DNA from: an uncultured Ignavibacteriales bacterium
GTDB lineage: Bacteria; Zixibacteria; MSB-5A5; GN15; FEB-12
DNA length: 64,000 nt
Direction: 5' to 3'
Assembly (NCBI GenBank): GCA_964464605.1
Contig: CAYXJN010000003.1
Location: forward strand, 248,001 to 312,000
Positions 39,796-49,496 of this stretch are shown here, piece by piece (within the stretch, counting starts at the first letter, position 1; each line of letters starts with the position of its first letter). The notes under the pieces are model-generated. The model had not been told where the DNA came from. It searched no databases and saw only the letters and a list, made by a program, of their open reading frames with translations. Made by a program: the position numbers and the translations under genes.

Positions 39796-42207
39796 ATGAA
39801 AAGGATGCATCGCTATTACCCCTTTGTTCTTTCATTACTTTTTCTTTCTCTCACCGCCAAAGCAGACCCGCGACTTTTTGTTCCGGATAATCTTTTTTAT
39901 TATGCTCCCGCCGGGTCGGTCTTCGGTCCGGAAGCAGCCTGGAACAATCCGGCCGCGCTTGCCCGGTACAAGCCCGCCGCCTTACAGGTTATGTCCGATT
40001 ATTTCGACGGCCATTATTTAAAAAGCTGGGGAACTGCAGGGAGCAAAGAAGGAATCGGCACCGCATTTCGGAAAATCGATAATCCGGAGGGAGAAGATAT
40101 CAAAGAATACCTCTGGGCTGCCGGAATAGGTATGGGAAGCAATCTGAGTATTGGCGGCTCGTTCCGGCATTTCTCCTCAGGTCCACCGTCACTTGATAAT
40201 CGGCATCTTTGGAATACCGGACTTATTTATCAGGCCAGCCAAAGCTTAACCGTTGGCGCTACCCTTTCGAATATCAACAAAGGAAAAATCGCCGGTGAGC
40301 GAACGCAAATGGAGCAGCAGTATTCGCTTGCCTATCGCCCATTCGAGGAGATGGTCACCATATCCGCGAATATGTTCCTCGGCAGTAAGCAGAATATGTC
40401 CGATGCGACATACATCTATCACGCAGAGATTCGCCCGGTGGATGGTTTGTATCTCTCCGGCTTTATCGATTCAGACAAAAACTACCAGATCGGATTTCGC
40501 GTTAATCTGCGAAACTACTTTGTCGGTTCGCAAAGCCGGTTCACGAAAAGCAATGACGGTCGAGGCACCACTACCTACGCCGGAGTTACTGCTGCGAAAC
40601 AAAAATCACTCATTCCCTATGAGAAAAAGCGAGTTGTTATGTCGGTTTCGGGTGGTGTTAAGGAAAATCCACCGCAACCGATTTTCGGAAGACGGGAAAT
40701 TCCCTACCCGACCATGCTTTTATCCCTGTATCGGGCAGCCTCGGATGTCAACATCAGCGGATTGGTCATTAATCTCGATGAACTCCGTATCGGTTTTGCA
40801 CAGGCACAGGAAATCCGAAACGCGATACAATATGCCCGCTCAATGGGTAAGAAAGTCATCGTTCATGCCGGGTATCCGAACAATATCACCTATTACGTTG
40901 CTTCTGCCGCCGACAGCATTTACCTCCCTCCTGTTTCGCAGTTGAATCTGGTCGGTCTTCGCGCAGAATTGACTTTTTACGCCGGAACACTTGAAAAACT
41001 CGGCATCAAAGCGGATTTGCTCCGAATCGGTGATTACAAAACGGCAACGGAAGCATTTACCAATGAACAGTCATCCGACGCCGGTAAAGAGCAGATCAAT
41101 AGACTCCTTGATAATCTGTTCGCGCAAATGGTATCGGCAATTGCGGAAGGGCGCGGCCTGAGCACTGATTCGGTAAAGGCATTAATCGAAAACGGCCCGT
41201 TCAACAGCCAGCAGGCGATACAGATTGGATTGGTTGATCGTCTCCTCTACCGTACTGATATGTTAGACAGTATCGGCAAGAGCACCAAGCTGACAAATTT
41301 GCGCGCATATATCAAAGATACATTGATAACAGATGGCTGGAGCGCAAAGCCGGTTATTGCGATTGTTGTCGCTGAAGGAGATATCGGCGGTACCCAGCGG
41401 GATGCAGTCCCCTTCCAGCCGGATGTTTCCGTCACACCGGGAACCATGCGATATGCGTTTCATGACGCCGTTTCGAATCGCCAGGTCAAAGGAATTCTCT
41501 TTCGCATCAATTCTCCCGGCGGTCTGGCTTTGGCGGGAGAAGATATCTGGCATAACGCCAAATATGCGACCAGGAAAAAACCGATCGTCGTTTCCATGGG
41601 AAATGTCGCCGCTTCTGGCGGATATTATATTGCGATGGCCGCCCCGACGGTTATTGCCAATCCCGGCACAATCACCGGCTCAATCGGCATCTTTGGCGGC
41701 AAAGCGGATTTGAGTAAACTCTACGAAAAAATCGATCTGCATAAAGAGTTGTATCAACGCGGCCATTTTTCTGCAATGCTCACGTCTATGCGTCCGTTTA
41801 CCGAAGAAGAACGAGCCAAGTATTTTTCCAGTTTGCAGGATATGTATCAGCACTTCATATCGCTGGTCGCCGAAAATCGTCAACTGTCGACTGATTCAAT
41901 CGATAATCTTGGGCGCGGCCGTGTATGGACAGGCTCAGAAGCAATGAGCAACGGACTTGTCGATGGTTTAGGCGGTATGAAAGAAGCGATTGATTTGCTG
42001 AAAACAAGACTCGGTGGTAAAGAAGAATATAGTATCGAAATCTACCCCAAAAATCGCCCGTGGCTGCAATTACCGATGCCCTTTTTGTTCTCTTCTATCT
42101 CCGAAAAGATTTTCGGTAAATCCAATCAGACAGATGCTGCTTCTTTGCTGTCCTTGGAAAACGGTGTGATGTTTACCCGTATGCCGTATGATTTATCTAT
42201 TGAATAA
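39796..42207 (+). CDS. sppA: Signal peptide peptidase SppA (long type) with N-terminal extension
   Basis: Two S49 domains, GDYKTA, INSPGG, SMGNVAASGGY, TITGSIG, GRVWTG. Confidence 0.9.
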   Translation: MKRMHRYYPFVLSLLFLSLTAKADPRLFVPDNLFYYAPAGSVFGPEAAWNNPAALARYKPAALQVMSDYFDGHYLKSWGTAGSKEGIGTAFRKIDNPEGEDIKEYLWAAGIGMGSNLSIGGSFRHFSSGPPSLDNRHLWNTGLIYQASQSLTVGATLSNINKGKIAGERTQMEQQYSLAYRPFEEMVTISANMFLGSKQNMSDATYIYHAEIRPVDGLYLSGFIDSDKNYQIGFRVNLRNYFVGSQSRFTKSNDGRGTTTYAGVTAAKQKSLIPYEKKRVVMSVSGGVKENPPQPIFGRREIPYPTMLLSLYRAASDVNISGLVINLDELRIGFAQAQEIRNAIQYARSMGKKVIVHAGYPNNITYYVASAADSIYLPPVSQLNLVGLRAELTFYAGTLEKLGIKADLLRIGDYKTATEAFTNEQSSDAGKEQINRLLDNLFAQMVSAIAEGRGLSTDSVKALIENGPFNSQQAIQIGLVDRLLYRTDMLDSIGKSTKLTNLRAYIKDTLITDGWSAKPVIAIVVAEGDIGGTQRDAVPFQPDVSVTPGTMRYAFHDAVSNRQVKGILFRINSPGGLALAGEDIWHNAKYATRKKPIVVSMGNVAASGGYYIAMAAPTVIANPGTITGSIGIFGGKADLSKLYEKIDLHKELYQRGHFSAMLTSMRPFTEEERAKYFSSLQDMYQHFISLVAENRQLSTDSIDNLGRGRVWTGSEAMSNGLVDGLGGMKEAIDLLKTRLGGKEEYSIEIYPKNRPWLQLPMPFLFSSISEKIFGKSNQTDAASLLSLENGVMFTRMPYDLSIE

Positions 42208-42223
42208 CTGATCCGATATGAAT

Positions 42224-42253
42224 AAAAAAGCCCGGCAAACACCGGGCTTTTTT
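42224..42253. terminator. Bidirectional intrinsic terminator
   Basis: AAAAAAGCCCGG-CAAACA-CCGGGCTTTTTT between convergent genes. Confidence 0.9.
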
Positions 42254-42269
42254 GTTGAATCTATTTCAA

Positions 42270-43922
42270 CTATTCAGTCATCGTGTAACCGACATCTTCC
42301 TGCTGCCAGCCAGTGCGCTGGAAAACTCGAATCATCGGCGTACCCGGAGGCAGTTTGTTCGGGTTATTCAAATCAGTATCGTACGACCAGACACGTTTCG
42401 GCGCAGAATAATAGTCAACGTTCGCCCATTTACCGATCGCTTGACGGGAATTCCACAAACAGACCGCTGAGCCGTTCCAGGTGAACGCCTTACCTGCCCA
42501 ATCTTCAAGGAAACGGGGAAGATTTTCAAAACCACCGCTGTAGTTAGTTGACGTTGTCGCAACATTACCCGAAAGATAAGAGGCATTAACCGTCGTTGCT
42601 ACCGGTACTCGTTTTGATTTCGCAGAATCACTCTTGGCATCATTGAACGAGGACGACAAAAAGGTGACAGCATCGGCCATCAATGCCGCCGGCTTTTTAT
42701 TGACGGTATTATAATCACCCAGCGTATACATCGGATTTTCACTGGCTATGGTCAAACCGGCGCCTAAAGTAGTGGCGTTCTTCAAACGAATTGCCGGAAA
42801 ATCCTTTCCTGACTGTTTATCAGAGAAGTACAGAATACCGTTGGACGGGCCATAGCCCTGGCTATACAGCTTGGAAACATCCAAATCAGTTACGTCAACC
42901 CATTTCCCTTCACGCTGATCTTTGAATTTGTTGTTGGTAACGGTAATAATTCCTTTGGATGTGAAGTCAGTAGTCACATCTGACCAGGTGCTGCCGACTT
43001 TTTTATAAATTTTACCATCAACAATCTTCAACGAGGCCTGATTTGAGTATGAATCCGGGTTGGTGCCACCGCTATCGCGGGCAATTAAGGCATGCGCGTC
43101 GCCGCTGGCGTTCGATGACAACGGCAGGTTCAATTCACCCTGTCCATGCGCTGAGTCACGCACACGGCCATCCCAACGGGAAACTGAAGAATCATACCAG
43201 TGATTATCAGTTGATTCAAGCCAGCCGCTCCCTCCCTCTTTCATGGAAACATAGGCACCGGTAGCATCTTTGATCTGCACATCGCCGCCGTCAACACTAC
43301 CCGGTCCTTTTCGGCCATGTTTGATATGACCGGAGGCTGTCACGTAACTGTCCATTTTCAGCGTCGCGGATGTCTGCAGCCAAAGGCCGCCGTTTGAATG
43401 TACACGACCGAACAGGGTCATGTCAGCACCCGGCGCGATTTCCAGGTCGTTGCCATAGAATACGGCAAACTGGAAAAGCGGCACCAGTGCGGTTTCGAAA
43501 TTTTCATTCAACGTAATACGCGCACGTTCAATGGTGTTTGTCGCCGTAGACGTAATCGCAAAGGATTTAATCAGTGCATGCAGACCGGCAAGTGTTCCGG
43601 TCGTCAAATCACGCATAGTAGCCGGACCAAGGTCGGTCGTTTCCCACTCAACGGTACATAAATTTACCGTATCCCCGCCGGAAGGCATAATCAGCGGCGG
43701 TGCGTTTGTTGAATCATATTCTGCCTGCAGCGATGCCGCGCCGCGTTCCAAACCGCCTTCAGCGGCGTAGAATGCGCGCATTTCCTGCAAGTCATTCCCG
43801 GCGATACTTACTTCATCGTCGGAGGTTGTCAATGCGGCAATACCCAAAAGGGTCAGCATACCGACCAAGATTAACGCTATGATCGTCGCTATGCCGCGCT
43901 CGGATTGGAGCGTCCGTTTCAT
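42270..43922 (-). CDS. PilX-like minor pilin with large C-terminal domain
   Basis: ERG/IATIIAL prepilin site lacking Glu5 and AFYAAEGG, both typical of PilX N-termini. Confidence 0.8.
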   Translation of the reverse strand: MKRTLQSERGIATIIALILVGMLTLLGIAALTTSDDEVSIAGNDLQEMRAFYAAEGGLERGAASLQAEYDSTNAPPLIMPSGGDTVNLCTVEWETTDLGPATMRDLTTGTLAGLHALIKSFAITSTATNTIERARITLNENFETALVPLFQFAVFYGNDLEIAPGADMTLFGRVHSNGGLWLQTSATLKMDSYVTASGHIKHGRKGPGSVDGGDVQIKDATGAYVSMKEGGSGWLESTDNHWYDSSVSRWDGRVRDSAHGQGELNLPLSSNASGDAHALIARDSGGTNPDSYSNQASLKIVDGKIYKKVGSTWSDVTTDFTSKGIITVTNNKFKDQREGKWVDVTDLDVSKLYSQGYGPSNGILYFSDKQSGKDFPAIRLKNATTLGAGLTIASENPMYTLGDYNTVNKKPAALMADAVTFLSSSFNDAKSDSAKSKRVPVATTVNASYLSGNVATTSTNYSGGFENLPRFLEDWAGKAFTWNGSAVCLWNSRQAIGKWANVDYYSAPKRVWSYDTDLNNPNKLPPGTPMIRVFQRTGWQQEDVGYTMTE

Positions 43923-43940
43923 TGTCCACCTTCCTTATTC

Positions 43941-44762
43941 TTAGTTAGTATTGTTTCGTAAATACACTGATGTTTCAAACGTGCGCTCACGTCGATGACC
44001 GAAAACATCTTCCACCATTTCCGATGATTGGCCGGTAACACTGATCAACACTTCTGTTACCTGATCAACCAATACCGGCTCATCCAGAGTCACGCCCGTA
44101 CCAAGGCGATAGCGCAATTGCAAATCACTGATATTTTCCGCGTAAATCTGCGGTTGTCCGCCCCGAAGCTGCATCATCAAGCTGGGATTATCCGCATCGG
44201 TCGTATTATCCACGTAGAACGTGATCTGATTCATGGTCACGACGATCGATCCATCCCAATACGCGCGGGAAAGATCGTCAACCGGCGTGATTTCGTTGTT
44301 GACGGTATCAAGTGAAAGCACCTGAAACCATTCACCGCCGCCGGAGTCCGGGTGATAGATATACGCCCATTCTCCCTCTTGGAAGCAGCCGATTTCATCC
44401 GTCGAATCGCCGACAATGTCCGCACTGGCCGACGCCATATTCGCCCGCAGCGATACCTGGCAATCATCGGTCCGGTAGGTAATCGTTACTGAGTCAGGAT
44501 TACCGTTATGCGGTTCAAGGCCGTCAACACCGGCCGGTAAATCATATCCGGCCATGCGCAAATGACGGGTCATTTCGGCAATCGCCGCCCGGGTGTTCTG
44601 CTGAACATTGACGACATCATCCTGAGCCATATAATTTTCATGCTGCACGACATACGTTTGAAAAACGGCAGCAGTCACTATTCCGGTCAGTACCAGCGCG
44701 ATCATGACTTCCAGAAAGGAAAAGCCGCGCTCGTTGGCAAGCCGTGTACGAAACGATTTCAT
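43941..44762 (-). CDS. PilW-like minor pilin
   Basis: ERG/FSFLEVMIAL, QQNTR, LRMAGY. Confidence 0.82.
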   Translation of the reverse strand: MKSFRTRLANERGFSFLEVMIALVLTGIVTAAVFQTYVVQHENYMAQDDVVNVQQNTRAAIAEMTRHLRMAGYDLPAGVDGLEPHNGNPDSVTITYRTDDCQVSLRANMASASADIVGDSTDEIGCFQEGEWAYIYHPDSGGGEWFQVLSLDTVNNEITPVDDLSRAYWDGSIVVTMNQITFYVDNTTDADNPSLMMQLRGGQPQIYAENISDLQLRYRLGTGVTLDEPVLVDQVTEVLISVTGQSSEMVEDVFGHRRERTFETSVYLRNNTN

Positions 44763-44776
44763 GGCATCTCCTTTTG

Positions 44777-45145
44777 TTATTCTTCCACGCTGACGAATGA
44801 CGTTAAACTATCCCGATGGGTGCGATTGCGCACATCAACCCACTCAACGGATATATCAACCTGCCGGAGAAAATCACCGGCATCAGTGATATCCCATTCA
44901 CAGGTAACACCGTCGACAGTCTCCTCACCGGATACTGCGGCATCCCCATCGTTGCGGATTTGTTCCAACCGTTCCTGCATCATCTGCGAAGCCGCTGTGG
45001 TGCGGTTTGACCAGTCGTTACCGTCGATCGCCACCACCGCCATATTCAAAAGCATCAACAACGCGACGCTCAGAATAATCATGGCGATCATGACTTCCAT
45101 CAGGGTAACTCCCCGTTCATTCTTTTTGAGCCGAGCTTTTTTCAT
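44777..45145 (-). CDS. PilV-like minor pilin
   Basis: ERG/VTLMEVMIAM, A.QM.QERLEQIR, VDISVEW. Confidence 0.82.
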   Translation of the reverse strand: MKKARLKKNERGVTLMEVMIAMIILSVALLMLLNMAVVAIDGNDWSNRTTAASQMMQERLEQIRNDGDAAVSGEETVDGVTCEWDITDAGDFLRQVDISVEWVDVRNRTHRDSLTSFVSVEE

Positions 45146-45484
45146 CTCTGTATCCGTCCTGTTTATCTCAATTCTTTCAACCCTAATGTAAACGGTGTGC
45201 CAATTTGAAAGTTATAGGGCACTTCCCGCATTTCACGCTGCTAACCGGCTTTATAGTCATAAGTTACGTAATTCAAAAAAGTGCGTTTCCGCTGTTTGTT
45301 TTCTGAGCATTGCCCACTCATCTTTATTTTTTGCTCCGGTTTCACGGGAGCTACCGAATAGCTATTGGAATTTTCCAATACTTTTTTCTCTCCGGCTGAA
45401 AACCATCACGTTTTCTGCTGGTCGGTATGATTTATTTCGGCATATATTCTCAATCACGTTAACGGTTTAGAGGCTGTGAATTAC

Positions 45485-46912
45485 ATGAGTGCTGACCAAA
45501 AATTATATCTCGGCGGAAAGTGGGTTGACCGGCCCAAAAAACTGACGGTAACCAACCCGTACGATGACTCAGTTGTCGCCACGGTTTCGACTGCGGCACC
45601 GGAAGATTTTACCGAGGCTATCCGCTTGGCAGATCAGGCGTTTGGGGAAACCAGTGAGCTACCTTCCTACAAACGGGAAACCGTATGTTTGGCTATTGCC
45701 GACGGTCTTACGAAACAGCGGGATACGTTCGCAACTACGATGTCCCGTGAATTGGGGAAGGGAATCAAAGATTGCACAATCGAAGTAAACCGGGCGATAG
45801 GAGTGTTTCGGACCGCCGCAGAGGAGGCAAAACGGATCGGCGGCGATATAATCGACCTCGACTGGGCTGCCGGTGCGGAAGAACGGTTGGGTCTGGTCCG
45901 CCGCTTTCCCCGAGGGGTTATTGCCGGTATTTCTCCGTTTAATTTCCCTCTCAATCTGGTCGCTCACAAAATCGCGCCGGCGATTGCATCGGGAAATTGC
46001 ATCGTTTTGAAACCGGCATCCAAGACACCGCTTTCGGCTTTATTGTTGGCAGAGCTCGTTGATCAAACGGAGTATCCGAGAGGCGCTGTCTCCGTGCTGC
46101 CGAGTTCGTCGCAGGATGCATCCCCGCTTATCACCGATGAACGAATTAAGCTTATCACCTTTACCGGCTCTTCTGAAGTCGGCTGGTGGATTAAAGAGCG
46201 TGCCGGCAAAAAGCCGGTGATCCTTGAACTCGGCGGCAATGCCGGAGTTATTGTCGCTGACGATGCCGATCTTAATTTCGCTGCCATGCGTTTAGTTGCC
46301 GGTTCATTTGGCGTGGCCGGACAATCCTGTATTTCCGTACAGCGGATTTTTGTTCATGCTGCAGTGCTGGATTCTTTTCTCAGCAAGTTCACCGAACGAA
46401 TCAAAGCGCTGAAAATCGGTGACCCGCTTGATCCGAACACCGATATCGGAACAATGGTTGATCAACAGGCCGTACACAATGCGATGGCACTGGTAACCGA
46501 AGCACAGCAAGCCGGGGCAAACGTAGTAATCGGCGGAAAGGTTTCCGGGCGAACACTGCAACCTACTGTGGTAACCAACGTAAAACGAACTTTAGCGATC
46601 TGCAGAAAAGAAGCATTCGCACCGTTGGTAGTCGTGGATACGTATACAAATTTCAGCGATGCAGTTGCGATGATAAACGACTCCGAATTTGGTTTGCAAG
46701 CCGGTCTGTTTACCAATCGCATGTCGGATATCATGTATGCGTTCAAACATATCGACTGCGGCGGCGTGGTGGTCAACGACGTTGCTACGTGGCGTGCAGA
46801 TCATCAGCCGTACGGCGGCATGAAAGGCTCCGGAATCGGACGTGAAGGAGTGAAATACGCAATTGACGACATGACCGAAATAAAAATTCTTTCCCTAAAT
46901 ACCAAACGATGA
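45485..46912 (+). CDS. Aldehyde dehydrogenase family protein
   Basis: PFNFP, KPASKTP, FTGS, LELGGN, GQSCIS, EAFAP, PYGG.K.SGIGREG. Confidence 0.95.
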   Translation: MSADQKLYLGGKWVDRPKKLTVTNPYDDSVVATVSTAAPEDFTEAIRLADQAFGETSELPSYKRETVCLAIADGLTKQRDTFATTMSRELGKGIKDCTIEVNRAIGVFRTAAEEAKRIGGDIIDLDWAAGAEERLGLVRRFPRGVIAGISPFNFPLNLVAHKIAPAIASGNCIVLKPASKTPLSALLLAELVDQTEYPRGAVSVLPSSSQDASPLITDERIKLITFTGSSEVGWWIKERAGKKPVILELGGNAGVIVADDADLNFAAMRLVAGSFGVAGQSCISVQRIFVHAAVLDSFLSKFTERIKALKIGDPLDPNTDIGTMVDQQAVHNAMALVTEAQQAGANVVIGGKVSGRTLQPTVVTNVKRTLAICRKEAFAPLVVVDTYTNFSDAVAMINDSEFGLQAGLFTNRMSDIMYAFKHIDCGGVVVNDVATWRADHQPYGGMKGSGIGREGVKYAIDDMTEIKILSLNTKR

Positions 46913-47072
46913 AGGCGATATGGGCCAGGTCGACCCGGAACGGATTGCCGGGATGATTGCACGGTTACTTGCGGCAGAGACCGCGGAAGTGTATTATCCC
47001 AATGTCGGATTTGATGCTGTCGCAAACGGGCGGATAATCAACCGCAGGGCATAGTGTTATCCGCAATAACAG

Positions 47073-49442
47073 ATGAAATATACAGGACTTCTTGTTTTTA
47101 TCTTTTGGGCGACTTCGATATTCGCGCAATCGGACTCATCGCCAAAACGGGGAATGATTACCGGTGTCGTGTATGACGCCGCCGAGAAAAATACCCTTTC
47201 CGAAGTTACCATTCGCGTTGCCAGCACCGGCCAGTCGACACTGGCGAATGCGAAGGGCGCTTTCAGCATCTCTCTCCCCTATGGCAGCTACCAGGTTATT
47301 TTTAGCCGGGTTGGACATGCCACCGACACGCTTGAAATTGCTGTTTCCGATTCGCTGCAAACGGCAGACGTGTTTTTAACCGCTATTGCCGTTGAACTTC
47401 CGGAATTAAAAGTCTACGAACGACAGTATGACCCGGCGCAGCTAATTATTCGCGAAGCGATAAAACGAAAAAAAACTATTCTGGCGATGCTGCACGACTA
47501 CCAGTTCACTGCGTACACAAAACTGTTGGTATATACTCCCGATTCTGTCGACCAACTCGGTCCGATAGATTACATCACCGAAATACAGCTGACCGGCTAC
47601 TGGAAAAAACCGAATGACTACAAAGAAATTATTACCGCTCGCAGGCAATCAGCTAATTTAAACGCCGAGGATAATCTGGTAACGGTCGGTGATATTTTGA
47701 ATTTCAATCAAAACCGTTTGGAAATCGGACGGTACCAGGTCGTGTCACCGACTGCTGAAGATGCGCTCGATTATTATGACTACTATCTGCTCGATACGCT
47801 TTATGTCGATGGCCGCCGGTTGTTTCATTTAGAGATCGAACCGAAAAGCCAAACAACTCCCTTGTTTGTCGGCACTATTGATATCGCCGATTCTTTGTTC
47901 ACTGTCGCTGGTGTAAACGTCGGATTCAATGATGTGTTCAAAGGCGGCTACTTCCGGAATGCCCGTTACTCACAAAAACTCTCTCCCCTTGAAGACACTA
48001 TCTGGATGCCGACGGAAATACATTTCGAAAGCGATATCAAAATTCCGATCCCCGGTATCCCCCTCTATCATTTCAACTACATCGCCGTTTTGCATGAATA
48101 CCAGTTCAATAAAGGGTTGCCCAAAGGGGTGATAAACGAATTTGATCTGGAAGTTGATAACAAAGCTGATGATATCGACTCTTCCGCCTGGCAGGCGCAA
48201 ACCCATATTCCGCTCACAACAGAAGAACAACTCGGCTATAAGCGTATCGACTCCCTTGAACAGGTACCAAAACCGATTGGGCAACAAATTCTCAAATATA
48301 CCCTGTTTGGAATGATAGCTGCCTTTACCCAACCGCAGTTGTTTCATTACAACCGTGTGGAAGGTGCATATTTGGGTGATGGATTCGACCTGCCGAACGT
48401 TTTCCCCCGCACCAGTTTTGCATTCAAACTCGGCTATTCATTCGGACTGAAGCGCTGGGAGCAGGGATACGGGGTAACATACCAAATTCGCGATCAGGGC
48501 CGGCTGCGATTTAAAGCCGAGTACCATGATGACATACGGCGATTGTTGATTATTCGCCCGAATGAAAATGTGAATATGACCTTTCCGGCGCTTTTCTTTG
48601 GCGAGGACCCGCTGAACTATTTCCATGAACGCGGGTTTTCCATCAGTGCTGAGATGAATATCCAAAAACATGTTCGCACATCAATCAGCTACGCCAATGT
48701 TGATCAATTTTCAAAAAAAATGACTTCTGATTATTCATTCTTTGCTGATGACACCACGTTCCGCGAAAACCCGGAAATTACTGAGGGAACTGACCGCTCG
48801 ATCGGATTTACCCTTCGCTTCGATAATCGACCGATGATAAAAAACAAGAAATCGGAAACCGTTATCACGCCTCCGACATATACGATGGTCGATATCAGCG
48901 CGAAAATCGCTTCGCCGGATCTCACGCACAGCGAATTCAAATACAACCAGTACCGGCTTTCGGTTTATGAAAAATTCCGCGTAGCCGACTGGGGGATACT
49001 GACCGTTGCGCCCTCGTTCGGTATCGTTACCGGCGAGCCGACCCGCCAGCAGCGCTTCACGGCCGCTAATTCATTCTTGGAGGATATCACTGATTTCAAA
49101 ACCGTGAACCGAAAAGTGAATTTCTCCGGCGACCATATGTACTCCGTGTACATCGCCCACGACTTCGGACGAACGTTTTTCAAAAAGCTGCACGTGCCGG
49201 TCTTGCGTGATTTACCGACTACCTTCCAAGTATTCGGTGGCGCATTTTGGTTTAAAGATGAAGTGCATGTTCCGAGTGATACCTTTGCTTTCACTACCGG
49301 CGATGATCCGTATTCTGAAGTCGGCTTTGGCATCGGTCGGATTCCTCCGTTTAGCTTAGGAATGTTTTTTGCCTTCCGATTATCACATCATCAAACCAGC
49401 AAATTCGGTTTTGCCTTAACCACCCCGCTCGTCGATTTCTAA
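47073..49442 (+). CDS. Outer-membrane protein with carboxypeptidase-regulatory-like domain and DUF5686-like barrel
   Basis: Signal peptide, ITG.V.D..TL..VTI, YDYYLLDT, YNRVEG, YSEVGFG, terminal Phe. Confidence 0.72.
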   Translation: MKYTGLLVFIFWATSIFAQSDSSPKRGMITGVVYDAAEKNTLSEVTIRVASTGQSTLANAKGAFSISLPYGSYQVIFSRVGHATDTLEIAVSDSLQTADVFLTAIAVELPELKVYERQYDPAQLIIREAIKRKKTILAMLHDYQFTAYTKLLVYTPDSVDQLGPIDYITEIQLTGYWKKPNDYKEIITARRQSANLNAEDNLVTVGDILNFNQNRLEIGRYQVVSPTAEDALDYYDYYLLDTLYVDGRRLFHLEIEPKSQTTPLFVGTIDIADSLFTVAGVNVGFNDVFKGGYFRNARYSQKLSPLEDTIWMPTEIHFESDIKIPIPGIPLYHFNYIAVLHEYQFNKGLPKGVINEFDLEVDNKADDIDSSAWQAQTHIPLTTEEQLGYKRIDSLEQVPKPIGQQILKYTLFGMIAAFTQPQLFHYNRVEGAYLGDGFDLPNVFPRTSFAFKLGYSFGLKRWEQGYGVTYQIRDQGRLRFKAEYHDDIRRLLIIRPNENVNMTFPALFFGEDPLNYFHERGFSISAEMNIQKHVRTSISYANVDQFSKKMTSDYSFFADDTTFRENPEITEGTDRSIGFTLRFDNRPMIKNKKSETVITPPTYTMVDISAKIASPDLTHSEFKYNQYRLSVYEKFRVADWGILTVAPSFGIVTGEPTRQQRFTAANSFLEDITDFKTVNRKVNFSGDHMYSVYIAHDFGRTFFKKLHVPVLRDLPTTFQVFGGAFWFKDEVHVPSDTFAFTTGDDPYSEVGFGIGRIPPFSLGMFFAFRLSHHQTSKFGFALTTPLVDF

Positions 49443-49445
49443 AAT

Positions 49446-49474
49446 AAAAAAGGCCGATGCAATCGCACCGGCCT
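49446..49474 (-). terminator. Intrinsic terminator of the HtrA gene
   Basis: AGGCCG..CGGCCT hairpin with an A-tract on its left, giving a U-tract on the minus strand. Confidence 0.65.
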
Positions 49475-49496
49475 CGTGTTACATGCTTAAACTGCT

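Noticed and set aside
45195..45470. 91-aa ORF or c-di-GMP riboswitch upstream of the pilins
   Set aside because: This is an AT-rich divergent promoter region with no RBS and no GEMM motif recognised.
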